Positions 33,501-42,735 of a stretch of 64,000 bases of DNA are shown here, piece after piece (the stretch's first letter is position 1; each line of letters begins with the position of its first letter). The notes under the pieces were generated by a model that did not search any database, was not told the DNA's origin, and was given only the letters and a program-made list of their open reading frames with translations. The position numbers were made by a program, and so were the translations under genes. The stretch is from Flavobacteriales bacterium (GTDB lineage: Bacteria > Bacteroidota > Bacteroidia > Flavobacteriales_F > PHOS-HE28). The stretch lies in the NCBI GenBank assembly GCA_044346705.1, contig JBIIYP010000012.1, forward strand, positions 20,117 to 84,116, written 5' to 3'.

Positions 33501-35701
33501 AATCGGTGTACAGCGTGAACAGCACGGACAGCGTGGTCTTCTTCTGGCGCTGCAGCGTGGACAGCGCGGGCAACAACGGGTACAACTGGAAGGAGTTCTC
33601 CTTCCAGCACCTTACCAACAGGCGCGGTTGGGGACAGGCGCACCACTTCCAGTTCAAGAAGAACAACTATCAACAGATCGTCTTCGACCGCCCGGGCCGC
33701 GACTTCGACTACTTCGTGGGCCAGCGTAAGATCGCGGTGAACCTCAAGGGCAACACCGGTACCCTGTGCGACTGGTTCATCGACCTGAGCTGGCAGGACG
33801 GCAATGGCTGTGGGGGCACCCCTGCTTTCCACGTGGCGGTGATCGATCCCTTCAACTTCACGCCCTGGGGTACCAAGTGCGGCTCGGTGAATCCGGACCA
33901 CGATTTCGGCAATGCGAATGGTGATTGCGTAAACCACCCATGCAATACGCTGAACCGCCCGATCAACTACTTCTCGTTCCGGCAGAACAACTTCCAGACC
34001 GAGCTCCAGTTCATGGACACCATGCTCACCCAGGACATCCCGGATGAGCATTATGTGCTCATCTACACCTATCTCTTCCTGAACAAGGACGCAGCGCCGA
34101 CGCACTTCAATACCATCCGGGGCATCCTAGGCTCTTGGGGCGCCGATGACCTATTGAACGATGTGGTGCCCGACAGCGTACCCTACATCTTCCTGGTGAA
34201 GAAGGGCGACCCCAGCACGGCCGTGGAGAGTTATGGACAGACGCTCACCGATTTCCTGGACTTCAATTCCTTTGTGAACGTGACCTCGCGCAGCGGCACC
34301 ATCTCGGCGCCGCTCGCGGGTCCGGCCTTCGAATGGAACGGGATGTACTGGAACGATGTGCTGCAGCCCACCGACAGCACCACCATGAACCTGGTCGGCC
34401 GGAACATCTTCGGCGCGGAGCAGCAGTTGCACACCAGGCCTTCTCCGGAGGACTCGCTCACCGCCTTCACCTCACCCACCTTGAGCGTGGACGCGAACAC
34501 CTATCCCGATGTGCGCCTCATCGGCAACTTCGCACAGACCAGTGAGCTGGATACCACGCCTTCGCAATTGAAGCGTTGGCACTTGCTGGGTGCGCCTGCC
34601 CCGGAGTGCGCCATCGACCCACCGTTGGGCTTTGTGGAGGTCCTGGACAGCATCTTCGAAGGGCAGCCCGGAACGGTGATGGTGGCGGTGAACAACATCA
34701 GTGAGTTCGACATGGACAGCCTGTTGCTCGCGGCCTGGGTGGTCGACGCAACCAACCAGCGTACGCTCGTCCACTACCGCTACAACGCACCGTTGCCTGC
34801 CGGTGGCGTGGCCCGCGACACCATCGTCTTCAACACCGATGGCTTCGCGGGGGTGAACACCCTCATCATCGAGGCCAACCCGCTGGACACGCTCACAGGC
34901 CTCTACGACCAGATCGAACAGTACCACTTCAACAACATCGCCCACATCCGCTTCATGGTGCAGGACGACCGGGAGAACCCGATGCTGGACGTGACCTTCG
35001 ACGGCATGCACATCCTCGATGGCGATGTGGTCAGCGCACGTCCGGAGATCCAGGTGACCCTGGACGACGAGAACACCACTCTGCTGCTCGATGCGCCTTC
35101 GGACACCATCCACTTCAAGGTCTTCCTCACCGATCCCGGCAACGTCACCCGGCGCATCTACTTCCGCGAAGGCACCCTGGACATCATGCAGTTCATTCCC
35201 GCTGACGGGTCCGCGAACATCAGCAAGGTCATGTACCGCCCGGTGTTCGCAACGGATGGATCCTACACCCTCACCGTGCAGGCCAGCGACATCAGCCGCA
35301 ACCAGAGCGGCGACAACGATTACAAGGTCCGCTTCGAGGTGATCAACAAGCCCACCATCACCGAGGTGCTGAACTACCCGAACCCCTTCACCACCAGCAC
35401 ACGCTTCGTGTTCACCGTCACCGGCCAACAGCCACCGACCTACATGAAGATCCAGATCATGACCATCAGCGGCCGTGTGGTGCGCGAGGTGGGGCTCGAT
35501 GAGCTGGGTCCGATCCGGGTGGGCCGCAACATCACGGAGTTCGCATGGGACGGCACCGATGCCTTCGGCGACCGCCTCGGACGGGGGGTATACCTGTACC
35601 GTGTGGTGGCCAAGTTGAACGGCGAGGAGATCGAGTACCGCTCCACGAGCGCAGGTGGCTACTTCGAGCGCGGCGTGGGCAAGATGTACCTGCTGCGCTG
35701 A
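30566..35701 (+). CDS. Peptidase C25 (gingipain-like) T9SS sortase-like protein (PorU2-like)
   Basis: QYWSFKVAADG N-domain; DVEELYMQYGGG, LLLIGK, EVPVGRIAA, FFAH (His), GNSCY (Cys), TLHGDP; CARDB-like Ig domains; C-terminal LNYPNPF...WDGTD...GVYLYRV. Confidence 0.85.
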   Translation: MKRILLPFLFSFCAVAVHAQPYGNQWIDYGKQYWSFKVAADGLLKIDSTTLANAGFPVATVDPRTIQIFAKERQVPLYVAGESDGVFNTNDFIEFFAARNDAWKDLPLWDDPAHQNNPVFSLYNDTLRYFLTWGAAPTTERVVPFLNTDYASQPARDWFLTDTYFQTYDRYYQGKRTSIQASSAFFGEAEGYFHSAELFNDGTNPNSWQQDFPFPFTNPSLVFGTPAARIKVVTAGTNNVGGDNCDDHHLQVLWNGYFKVDTVFRGYQLNKFEFTMPYVTLSANNTLRLRAVHDLGPCGSVTGAYPDRQAHSYTVARYARLFQMAFQQRVEMFLPDQPGDPLAHIEFTQYSQVPIMYVWGDTVRRVLPELNNGVWRSMLPADALSDTTRIWMQGEVYIEQVPPLSLVNGTGYFTDFAAAVQDSAVLIVSQTGLMNAAAAYAAYRETSPVNPYNTVLADVEELYMQYGGGVRKHPMAIRGFVDHLIDVAPTKPEGLLLIGKAIQAHRTNFQSGTRFNQDTASIRKSLVPTLGYPPSDIAYTLGLEGDGRVMEVPVGRIAARDEQEVLDYLDKVQAFEGNQAQPEAWMKNILHFRGGFNQTEWVAFDQALSVFQQHAEDTMFVGRVTKFVKNGSGLIQPASADSVADMIAAGTTLMTFFAHATGGGFDITVDNPQDYEWNGKYPMMIGNSCYTGNIHLLNNASASETFVRPAGVGAVAFMSPVDIGLSNLLQQYCGKFYQSFSTLNYGRPIGQHMKESVFDMMNIGGTDLNRINAAQSFTLHGDPMLVLNSPAKPEFVLNTEDIRLLPDPVTADADSFQVQATVRNIGRGTLVPISVSVQRTLVEEGLAIQPVVRQLSLFDEGTATFTLPVLADSGGSGQNALTVRADLDPDLVDEDFDDLFNNQVDTTFLIVSGDINPVYPYEYAVTPDAGPALKATTGDPFSPARTYVFQIDTTDLFNSPLMEQGQVTAPGGVITWQPQSVYSVNSTDSVVFFWRCSVDSAGNNGYNWKEFSFQHLTNRRGWGQAHHFQFKKNNYQQIVFDRPGRDFDYFVGQRKIAVNLKGNTGTLCDWFIDLSWQDGNGCGGTPAFHVAVIDPFNFTPWGTKCGSVNPDHDFGNANGDCVNHPCNTLNRPINYFSFRQNNFQTELQFMDTMLTQDIPDEHYVLIYTYLFLNKDAAPTHFNTIRGILGSWGADDLLNDVVPDSVPYIFLVKKGDPSTAVESYGQTLTDFLDFNSFVNVTSRSGTISAPLAGPAFEWNGMYWNDVLQPTDSTTMNLVGRNIFGAEQQLHTRPSPEDSLTAFTSPTLSVDANTYPDVRLIGNFAQTSELDTTPSQLKRWHLLGAPAPECAIDPPLGFVEVLDSIFEGQPGTVMVAVNNISEFDMDSLLLAAWVVDATNQRTLVHYRYNAPLPAGGVARDTIVFNTDGFAGVNTLIIEANPLDTLTGLYDQIEQYHFNNIAHIRFMVQDDRENPMLDVTFDGMHILDGDVVSARPEIQVTLDDENTTLLLDAPSDTIHFKVFLTDPGNVTRRIYFREGTLDIMQFIPADGSANISKVMYRPVFATDGSYTLTVQASDISRNQSGDNDYKVRFEVINKPTITEVLNYPNPFTTSTRFVFTVTGQQPPTYMKIQIMTISGRVVREVGLDELGPIRVGRNITEFAWDGTDAFGDRLGRGVYLYRVVAKLNGEEIEYRSTSAGGYFERGVGKMYLLR

Positions 35702-35720
35702 GCCTGCGGGCCCTTCCGGA

Positions 35721-35728
35721 TATCTTCG
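35721..35728 (+). promoter_or_regulatory. -7 element variant TATCTTCG before lnt
   Basis: Lies 5 nt upstream of ATG 35734, implying a very short leader if real. Confidence 0.5.
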
Positions 35729-35733
35729 CCGCC

Positions 35734-37425
35734 ATGGCGCGCAACCGCGGGATCTTCCTGCTCGCATCCCTCACCACCGGCCTGCTCTGGATACTGGCCT
35801 GGCCGGCCACCGGTGGGTTCACGCCCCTGGCCTTCATCGCCTGGGTGCCCTTGCTGCTCGCCGGGCATCGCTTCCTGCACGAGCCACCCAAGGAGCGGCC
35901 AAAGCACTGGCTGCCTTACGTCTACCTCGCGGTCTTTCTTTGGAACGCGTTCACCACCTATTGGCTCGGGCTGGTGGATGAGCCGTGGAGCACGCGGCTC
36001 TTGAGCGGTGGCTTTCCCATGGTGGCCAACTCCATGCTGATGGTGTTGCCCTGGTGGATGTATCGCGCGGCGTACCGTCGCATCGGCCCCCGTACGGCCC
36101 CGTTCGCGCTGGTCGCAGGATGGCTCGCCTTCGAGCACCTTCACTTCGACTGGGACCTGCAATGGCCCTGGCTCACCCTGGGCAATGTCTTCGCCATCCG
36201 CACCGGTTGGGTGCAGTGGTATGAATGGACCGGTGCCCTCGGTGGCTCGCTCTGGGTCTGGCTGGTGAACCTCCTGGTGTTCCGATCGATCCTCGCACAA
36301 CGGCAGGGGAGGGCAGGCTTGTTCCGGCGCCTGGGAGCCGCCGCGCTTTCCGCGGTGCTGCTGCCCATCATGGTGTCCTTCGTCATCGATCGCTCGCGTG
36401 CGGATCACGGTGGACCTGCAGTGGAGGTGGTGGTGGTACAGCCCAACATCGACCCCTACACTGAAAAGTTCGGAGGCATCGATCCACTGGCCCAGTTGGA
36501 AGCCATGCTCGCCCTGGCCGAAGGGGCCATGACCGACAGTACATTGCTCGTGGTGCTGCCGGAAACGGCGCTGCAGGAGAACGCCACCATGGACCGGTCC
36601 GCTGGTGAGCCGCTGCTGAAGGGGCTTTGGGAGAATGACCTCACCCGGTCAGGGAGCTATGCGCTCATCCGCCGCTTTCAGCAACAGCATCCGCGCGTGG
36701 CGGTGCTCACTGGCATGTCGTCGGCCTACCTGTTTCCCAAGGATGAGGCGCCGTCCGCCACAGCCCGCTACCTGGAAGGCGTGGACCGTTGGTTCGATGC
36801 GTACAACGCTGCGATGCTTGTGGATGATCAGGGCCGTGTGCAGGTCTACCACAAGTCGAAGCTGGTGGTGGGTGTTGAACTGATGCCTTTCCAATGGTTG
36901 CTCAAACCCCTGATGGGCGGGATCAGCATCGATCTGGGGGGCACCAACGGCAGCCTTGGTTCCAGCGAAGCCCGGCCCATCCTGCGCACCGCCGGGGATC
37001 GCATCGGCCTGGTGCCTGCCATCTGCTACGAGAGCGTGTTCGGGGATCACCTTGCCGAGCACACCCGACAAGGCGCGAACCTGCTTACGGTGATCACCAA
37101 CGACGCGTGGTGGGGTGATTCGCCAGGTTATCGGCAGCACCTGGCGTTCGGCAGGTTGAGGGCCATTGAGCTCCGGCGCTGGATCGCACGGTCCGCGAAC
37201 ACGGGCATCAGTTGTTTCATCAGTGACCGGGGGGAACTGGTGCAGCCCACGGCATGGTGGCGTCCAACGGCCATCCGCATGGCCGTGCCCACCTCCACGG
37301 AGACCACGCTCTTTCTGCGGTACGGTGATGTTGTCGGTCGGATGGCCGTTGTCCTGGCCGTGCTGCTCTTCGCGTGGTTGTTCGGCTCCTGGCTGTTGCG
37401 CCTGTCCCGAAGAGTGAAAACGTAG
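35734..37425 (+). CDS. lnt: Apolipoprotein N-acyltransferase
   Basis: QWPWLTLG, VQPNIDP, LPETAL (Glu), YHKSKLVVGVE (Lys), ICYESVFG (Cys), TNDAWWG, RSANTGIS. Confidence 0.93.
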   Translation: MARNRGIFLLASLTTGLLWILAWPATGGFTPLAFIAWVPLLLAGHRFLHEPPKERPKHWLPYVYLAVFLWNAFTTYWLGLVDEPWSTRLLSGGFPMVANSMLMVLPWWMYRAAYRRIGPRTAPFALVAGWLAFEHLHFDWDLQWPWLTLGNVFAIRTGWVQWYEWTGALGGSLWVWLVNLLVFRSILAQRQGRAGLFRRLGAAALSAVLLPIMVSFVIDRSRADHGGPAVEVVVVQPNIDPYTEKFGGIDPLAQLEAMLALAEGAMTDSTLLVVLPETALQENATMDRSAGEPLLKGLWENDLTRSGSYALIRRFQQQHPRVAVLTGMSSAYLFPKDEAPSATARYLEGVDRWFDAYNAAMLVDDQGRVQVYHKSKLVVGVELMPFQWLLKPLMGGISIDLGGTNGSLGSSEARPILRTAGDRIGLVPAICYESVFGDHLAEHTRQGANLLTVITNDAWWGDSPGYRQHLAFGRLRAIELRRWIARSANTGISCFISDRGELVQPTAWWRPTAIRMAVPTSTETTLFLRYGDVVGRMAVVLAVLLFAWLFGSWLLRLSRRVKT

Positions 37426-37463
37426 TTTCGCGGCCTGAACAACACGGCCTTCCGTGCGTTCGC

Positions 37464-38525
37464 ATGAACACCATGGGAACTTCCGCTCGCACCGGCGTGG
37501 TGCTGATCAATGTAGGCACGCCAGACAGCCCAGCCGTGGGCGATGTGCGCCGCTACCTCCGTGAATTCCTGGGCGATGGGCGCGTGATCGACGTGCCGTG
37601 GTTGCTGCGCAAGGTGCTGGTGAACGGCATCATCGCCCCGTTCCGAGCGCCGAAGAGCGCCAAGGCCTACCGCAAGTTGTGGACGCCCGAGGGCTCCCCG
37701 TTGATCGTGCACGGCAATGCCTTGGTGGAGGCTCTTCAGGAGCGGCTGGGACCTGCGTTCAAGGTGGTGCTCGCGATGCGCTACCAGAACCCCCGGATGA
37801 AAGCCGCCCTCGACGGATTGGTGCGGGAAGGGATGGACCGTGTGGTACTGGTGCCGTTGTTCCCACAATACTCCAGTGCCGCTACCGGTACCGCAATGCA
37901 GGAGGCCATGGCCTTACTGGGGCGCTATACCGATGTGCCTGCGGTAAGCACCGTGCCGCCGTTCTACACGGATGAAGGTTATCTGAGCACCTTCGCGGAG
38001 CGCATCCGCAGCCATGGTCCTGAAGGCTACGACCATGTGCTGTTCAGCTTCCACGGATTGCCCGACCGCCACATCCAGCGGTCCCACAAGGCCTGTTCCA
38101 CGTGGACGCAAGGCTCCGTGGACAAGACTCCGATCGCCGGCTGCGCCTGCGAACGAGGGGAGTTCCTGAAGTACCCGAGCTGTTACAAGATGCAGTGCCA
38201 TGCCACGGCACGCGCTCTCGCTGATCGATGCGCCATACCCCGTGAACGTTGGTCCGTGGGATTCCAGAGCCGCCTCGACCAGAAGTGGGTGACCCCCTTC
38301 AGCGACAAGCTGGTGGAGCAGTTCGCCAAGACCGGCATGAAGCGCCTGCTGGTGGTGAGCCCCGCCTTCGTAGCCGATTGCCTGGAAACGGTGATCGAGA
38401 TCGGCGATGAGTACGACGAACTCTTCAAGGAGCACGGTGGCGAACACCTTCAGCTTGTGGAGAGCCTGAATGCACACCCGGCCTGGGCTGATGCCCTGGC
38501 CCGCTTGGTACGGCAGGCCTGTTGA
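37464..38525 (+). CDS. hemH: Ferrochelatase with a Cys-rich insertion
   Basis: NVGTPDSP..VRRYLREFLGDGRVID, GSPL, AMRYQNP, PLFPQYSSA, LFSFHGLP, FQSR, FVADCLETVIEI. Possible own promoter TAGTTTCG at 37423-37430 overlaps the lnt stop. Confidence 0.95.
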   Translation: MNTMGTSARTGVVLINVGTPDSPAVGDVRRYLREFLGDGRVIDVPWLLRKVLVNGIIAPFRAPKSAKAYRKLWTPEGSPLIVHGNALVEALQERLGPAFKVVLAMRYQNPRMKAALDGLVREGMDRVVLVPLFPQYSSAATGTAMQEAMALLGRYTDVPAVSTVPPFYTDEGYLSTFAERIRSHGPEGYDHVLFSFHGLPDRHIQRSHKACSTWTQGSVDKTPIAGCACERGEFLKYPSCYKMQCHATARALADRCAIPRERWSVGFQSRLDQKWVTPFSDKLVEQFAKTGMKRLLVVSPAFVADCLETVIEIGDEYDELFKEHGGEHLQLVESLNAHPAWADALARLVRQAC

Positions 38526-38529
38526 ACGC

Positions 38530-38558
38530 GAAAGGGCCCCGACCAGCGGAGCCCTTTC
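38530..38558. terminator. Probable bidirectional terminator between hemH and the T9SS cargo gene
   Basis: GAAAGGGC...GCCCTTTC inverted repeat between convergent stops. Confidence 0.6.
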
Positions 38559-38576
38559 CATAGCGCTCGCAACGGA

Positions 38577-39950
38577 TCAGTACACCATCACCCGGCGTTG
38601 CATCAGCTCGGTGGTGTTCTGCAATTGGAACACGTAGATGCCGGTGGCCAGGTTCTCCTTCGGGAAGGAGATCGTCGTCATGCCGTTCACGATGGACTGC
38701 TTCGGCTTGAAGCCCATCGTCTTGCCCTGCATGTCCACCAAGGTCACATCATGGACCACCTCATCGGTGCTGCTCACCAATACGTTCACGTTCGTGCCAT
38801 CATCCCATGTGGTAACGATCTCCGTGGCGTTGGTGCCACTGCAGCCGGCACTGATCATGCCCAAGGGGCTCACCGTGCCATCCAGGTCGGTCTGCGACAG
38901 GCGGTAGTAGGCCAGCTCGTTGGTCTGCTCATCCACAAAGCTGTAGTTGGTGAGCGTGATGCTGTTGCCCGCTCCGTTCACGGTGCCGATCGGCTCCCAA
39001 ACGGTCAGGTCGCGACTTTTCTCGACCGTGAAGAAGTCGTTATTGCTCTCTGTCGCAGTGGACCAGACCAGCTTCACGCTGTTGTTCTCGCAGGCACCAG
39101 AGTAGGAAACGAGCTCGATGGGCAGGGGGGCCCCGGAGTTGCTCAGCGTCCAGCTCTTGAAAAAGTTCGCGGCGCTCACGGGTACGTCCGCCACGCGGCT
39201 CACGCCGGGTGAAACGTTCGGAATGTAATTCGCAGGAAGGAGCACGTCGCCCCATTCGTTCGATGGGGTCTTGAAGCGCTGCGCGATCAAGGAGGTGACG
39301 CCTGGAACGATGGCATTGCTGGGTTGTATGTCGCCATGGGCATGATCGAATGTCAATTCCGCCACTGGATTGGTCGTATACGCCCACCCGGCCTCTTTCG
39401 TATCGATGATCCAGAAGCGGTCGATCGCCTGGGAGGAGTTGTTCACCGAGCCCGAGGCGTAATCGTTCATGTGCGTTACGTTGGCGGCAGCCATGTACTG
39501 GGTGTTGTCCCAAGCGGTCGCTGGTGCCACGACCCCACCCAAACCACTGGAGGTCAAATAAGGGAAATAGCTGTAGGTGGACAGGACCAGGGAGCCAGGA
39601 CCGGTACCCCCTGTGATGAGGTTAACGGTCAACGGGAAGCCTGTGCCTGCTTGATTGCTGTAGTTAATGACATAGGCGCCGGTCGAAGTCCCCGTATTCC
39701 AGCGGATCTTGTTCTGCGCGGCCTCCGTGCGGAAGTTTCCGGTGGTGTTGGCTCCGGTGTAGGTGATCGCGTTCGTTGCCGGGTTGTCGATCACCAGGTA
39801 GGCACCCGCGTTGTCCGCAGCGTCCGGGTCCGGGTTCCACACGAAATAGGGATCGGTCGCGCCAGCGTTGTTCAACACGATCCGCGCTGCCTGTCCCCAG
39901 GCCATCACCGTGATCGTCGATCCCAGAAGGAGGAGTACGGATTTCTTCAT
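38577..39950 (-). CDS. T9SS type A sorting-domain protein
   Basis: Signal peptide; conserved Bacteroidota module PLPIELVSY...WSTATESNNDFFTVEKS...GAGNS...YYRL.QTDLDG; CTD with DMQGK...GIYVFQL. -7 box TACCTTTG at 39959-39966. Confidence 0.85.
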   Translation of the reverse strand: MKKSVLLLLGSTITVMAWGQAARIVLNNAGATDPYFVWNPDPDAADNAGAYLVIDNPATNAITYTGANTTGNFRTEAAQNKIRWNTGTSTGAYVINYSNQAGTGFPLTVNLITGGTGPGSLVLSTYSYFPYLTSSGLGGVVAPATAWDNTQYMAAANVTHMNDYASGSVNNSSQAIDRFWIIDTKEAGWAYTTNPVAELTFDHAHGDIQPSNAIVPGVTSLIAQRFKTPSNEWGDVLLPANYIPNVSPGVSRVADVPVSAANFFKSWTLSNSGAPLPIELVSYSGACENNSVKLVWSTATESNNDFFTVEKSRDLTVWEPIGTVNGAGNSITLTNYSFVDEQTNELAYYRLSQTDLDGTVSPLGMISAGCSGTNATEIVTTWDDGTNVNVLVSSTDEVVHDVTLVDMQGKTMGFKPKQSIVNGMTTISFPKENLATGIYVFQLQNTTELMQRRVMVY

Positions 39951-40185
39951 GGTAACCTCAAAGGTAGGTCATTCGCCAGTCGATGATACGCCGGGATCCG
40001 CAAGATGGATCCATTGTGGGACTCCTGTCAAGTTGGGCACTTGTTCAACGTATTTCATCGCCCTGAACATCAACGTGTTCCGTGCCTCTTTGTTCATGGG
40101 GTGGAGGGACGCTTGACCGGTTGGTCCGAGGCTTTGACGCAGGCACCCCCGAACGGTTGCCCCGCCCCGGGATAACTTCACGGCC

Positions 40186-41406
40186 TTGTTGACGGAACGT
40201 GTCATCCTTCCCTGGTCCGGGACCATCGCGTGGAACGCCTTGGAGCCTTACCCCGATCTGCTGGTGCGTCGCTTGGACAGCGGTGCCTGGTTGGTGGGGG
40301 TGGGAAGCGCCCGGTATCATGCTGCGCCGCCGGCCGGGCTGTGGAGCTTCGGACATTTGGCCTACGACCTGAAGAACTGCCTGGAACCACTGAACAGCCG
40401 GCACCCGGTCGAGGACGGTTTTCCGGATGCTTCGTGGACGGAAGCTCGATGGATCGTGCGCCTGCAGGAGGATCGGGCCGAGCTATGGGTGGGAGAGCAG
40501 GATGCCGCAGAAGCCCGGGCTTTCCTTGAATGGCTCATTTCACCCACGATGCCGCCTCCCGGAGCGCCCTTGACCGGTTGGGTCGTACACACGCCACGCG
40601 AACGCTATCTGGCACAGGTGGAGCGCATCCTCCATCACATCCAGCGAGGCGATGTGTATGAGTTGAATTACTGCACCGGCCGAACCACCACGTCCTTGGG
40701 CTGGGATCCCTTCGCCGGTTTCGCGCGCCTGATGGCCGCCAATCCTGCACCGCATGCCGCCTTTTACCGGCGCGGACCGCTCTTCGCCCTGTGCGCCAGC
40801 CCGGAACGGTATCTCAAGGCGGAAGGGGACCTGCTGACGGCCCAGCCTATGAAAGGCACCCGGCGGCGCAATGCCGATCCTGTGGAGGATGCTCGCCTTG
40901 CCCATGAGCTCGCTGCCGATCCCAAGGAGCGGAGTGAGAACATCATGGCCGTGGACGTGATGCGCAACGACCTCAGTCGGGTCGCTGCGGCTCGCTCGGT
41001 GCACGTTGCGGAGCTTTGCGGGGTGCATCCTTATCCGCACGTCCACCAAATGACGAGCACCATCAGCGCCCGCTTGAAGGCCGGGGCCACGACGTGGGAC
41101 GCGGTACTCGCTTCCTTTCCCATGGCCAGCATGACCGGTGCGCCCAAGTTGCGGGCGATGCAATTGATCGACGAGATCGAGGATCTGCGGCGCGGCCTCT
41201 TCAGCGGTACGTTGGGATTCTTCGATCCTGAGGGCGACGCGGACCTGAACGTGGTGATCCGCACGCTCACCTACGATGCGACCACCGGACGCGTCGCGCT
41301 GATCACCGGTAGCGCCATCACTGCGTCCAGTGTGCCCGAGCAGGAATGGGAGGAATGTGAGCTGAAGGCCCGATCGGTGCTCAACGCCCTCGGTGATGCG
41401 CGATGA
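40186..41406 (+). CDS. pabB: Aminodeoxychorismate synthase component I (anthranilate synthase component I family)
   Basis: GDVYELN, ASPERYL, QPMKGTRRR, KERSENIMAVDVMRNDL, FPMASMTGAPK, RRGLFSGTLG, LNVVIRT. Confidence 0.8.
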   Translation: MLTERVILPWSGTIAWNALEPYPDLLVRRLDSGAWLVGVGSARYHAAPPAGLWSFGHLAYDLKNCLEPLNSRHPVEDGFPDASWTEARWIVRLQEDRAELWVGEQDAAEARAFLEWLISPTMPPPGAPLTGWVVHTPRERYLAQVERILHHIQRGDVYELNYCTGRTTTSLGWDPFAGFARLMAANPAPHAAFYRRGPLFALCASPERYLKAEGDLLTAQPMKGTRRRNADPVEDARLAHELAADPKERSENIMAVDVMRNDLSRVAAARSVHVAELCGVHPYPHVHQMTSTISARLKAGATTWDAVLASFPMASMTGAPKLRAMQLIDEIEDLRRGLFSGTLGFFDPEGDADLNVVIRTLTYDATTGRVALITGSAITASSVPEQEWEECELKARSVLNALGDAR

Positions 41407-42682
41407 AGTGAACCGCTTCATCCGGCGCCACCACCTGCTGCCGGAACGGGCCCACGTGCTCGTCGCTGTGAGCGGTGGCATGGACAGCATCGTGCTGCTT
41501 GACGTCCTCCGGCACCTCGGCCACCGATGCCAGGTGCTGCATGTGGACCACGGCCTTCGAGGAACGGAAAGCGAAGCCGACCGTGCGTTCGTAGAGGAGC
41601 ATTGCGCGGCCTTGGGTGTTCCGTGCCACACGCGCAAGGTGGCGGTGAAAGACCTGGCGGCCACGGCCGGCACCTCGGTCCAGATGGCCGCGCGGGAACT
41701 GCGGTATGCCGCCGCCCGCTCGGTCGCTGCGGAGCTTGGCCTTGGGCACATCGCCCTGGCCCACCATCGCGATGATGCCATCGAGACCTATCTGATGGAG
41801 TTGATGCGCGGCGGTCTGTCGACCATCCCGTTGCGCTCCGGACCCTTCGTGCGACCGCTGCTTTGCGTTGGGCGCTCGGACCTTGCGGAGCACGCCGAAC
41901 GCCATGGGTTGATGTGGCGCGAGGATGCCAGCAACGAGGATCCGAAGTACCTCCGCAACAGGGTACGCCATGAGGTGCTGCCCCTGTTGGAGGCGCTCTC
42001 GCCATCCCTGCGCCGTGTGCTCGGGCGCTCGCTGGACCGGTTGCGCGCGCAGGGCCTTGTTGCGGATGCGGTGTTGGACGAACTCCTCGAACCTGTTGGT
42101 GATGCCCTTCCGCTTGAGCTGTTGGAGGATACTGGTCGGGGGGGCTTGCTGCTGCACCATTGGCTTCGGCCGCTGGGCTTTCATCCTGACGTGATCGAGC
42201 GCGTGCTGGATGCGGTGGAGGCCGGGCATGTGGGGGCCGCGTTCACCTCCGGAGCCCATCGGTTGACCGTGGACCGTGAGGCCTTGTTGTTGTCCGGAGC
42301 GGCGGAACCCATGCCTTCCATTTCCTTCGGCAGTGACCTTGCTCTTCCGGCGGCAGCACCGTTCACCGTGCAGCGTTGCTCTCCCGATGCCGTGAACCTC
42401 AGTTCGGGGTCTGGCGTGGCTTGGCTCGATGAGCAAGCCTTGGACTTTCCCTTGTTGTTCCGGCCTTGGCGGCAGGGCGATCGGATCCACCCCATCGGCC
42501 TCGGCGGCAGCAAGTTGATCAGTGACATCCTGATCGATGCGAAGGTTCCTGCACCGGAAAAAGAGCGCACGGCCGTCCTGGTCAGCGGCGACCGCATCGT
42601 GTGGCTGGCAGGGCACCGCGTGGCCGAAGGTGCACAAGCCAGAGCGCAGAGCCATTCTGTGCTTCGTGTGTCGCTGAAGTGA
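41396..42682 (+). CDS. tilS: tRNA(Ile)-lysidine synthetase
   Basis: VAVSGGMDS PP-loop, ARELRY, AHHRDDAIET, RPLL, EDASN..KYLRNRVRH, C-terminal FRPWRQGD...KLISD. Confidence 0.95.
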   Translation: MRDEVNRFIRRHHLLPERAHVLVAVSGGMDSIVLLDVLRHLGHRCQVLHVDHGLRGTESEADRAFVEEHCAALGVPCHTRKVAVKDLAATAGTSVQMAARELRYAAARSVAAELGLGHIALAHHRDDAIETYLMELMRGGLSTIPLRSGPFVRPLLCVGRSDLAEHAERHGLMWREDASNEDPKYLRNRVRHEVLPLLEALSPSLRRVLGRSLDRLRAQGLVADAVLDELLEPVGDALPLELLEDTGRGGLLLHHWLRPLGFHPDVIERVLDAVEAGHVGAAFTSGAHRLTVDREALLLSGAAEPMPSISFGSDLALPAAAPFTVQRCSPDAVNLSSGSGVAWLDEQALDFPLLFRPWRQGDRIHPIGLGGSKLISDILIDAKVPAPEKERTAVLVSGDRIVWLAGHRVAEGAQARAQSHSVLRVSLK

Positions 42683-42735
42683 ATGCGTTGCATTGGATCG
42701 CGCAGGGCCTTATCTTGGGGCAAAGACCGCGTGCC

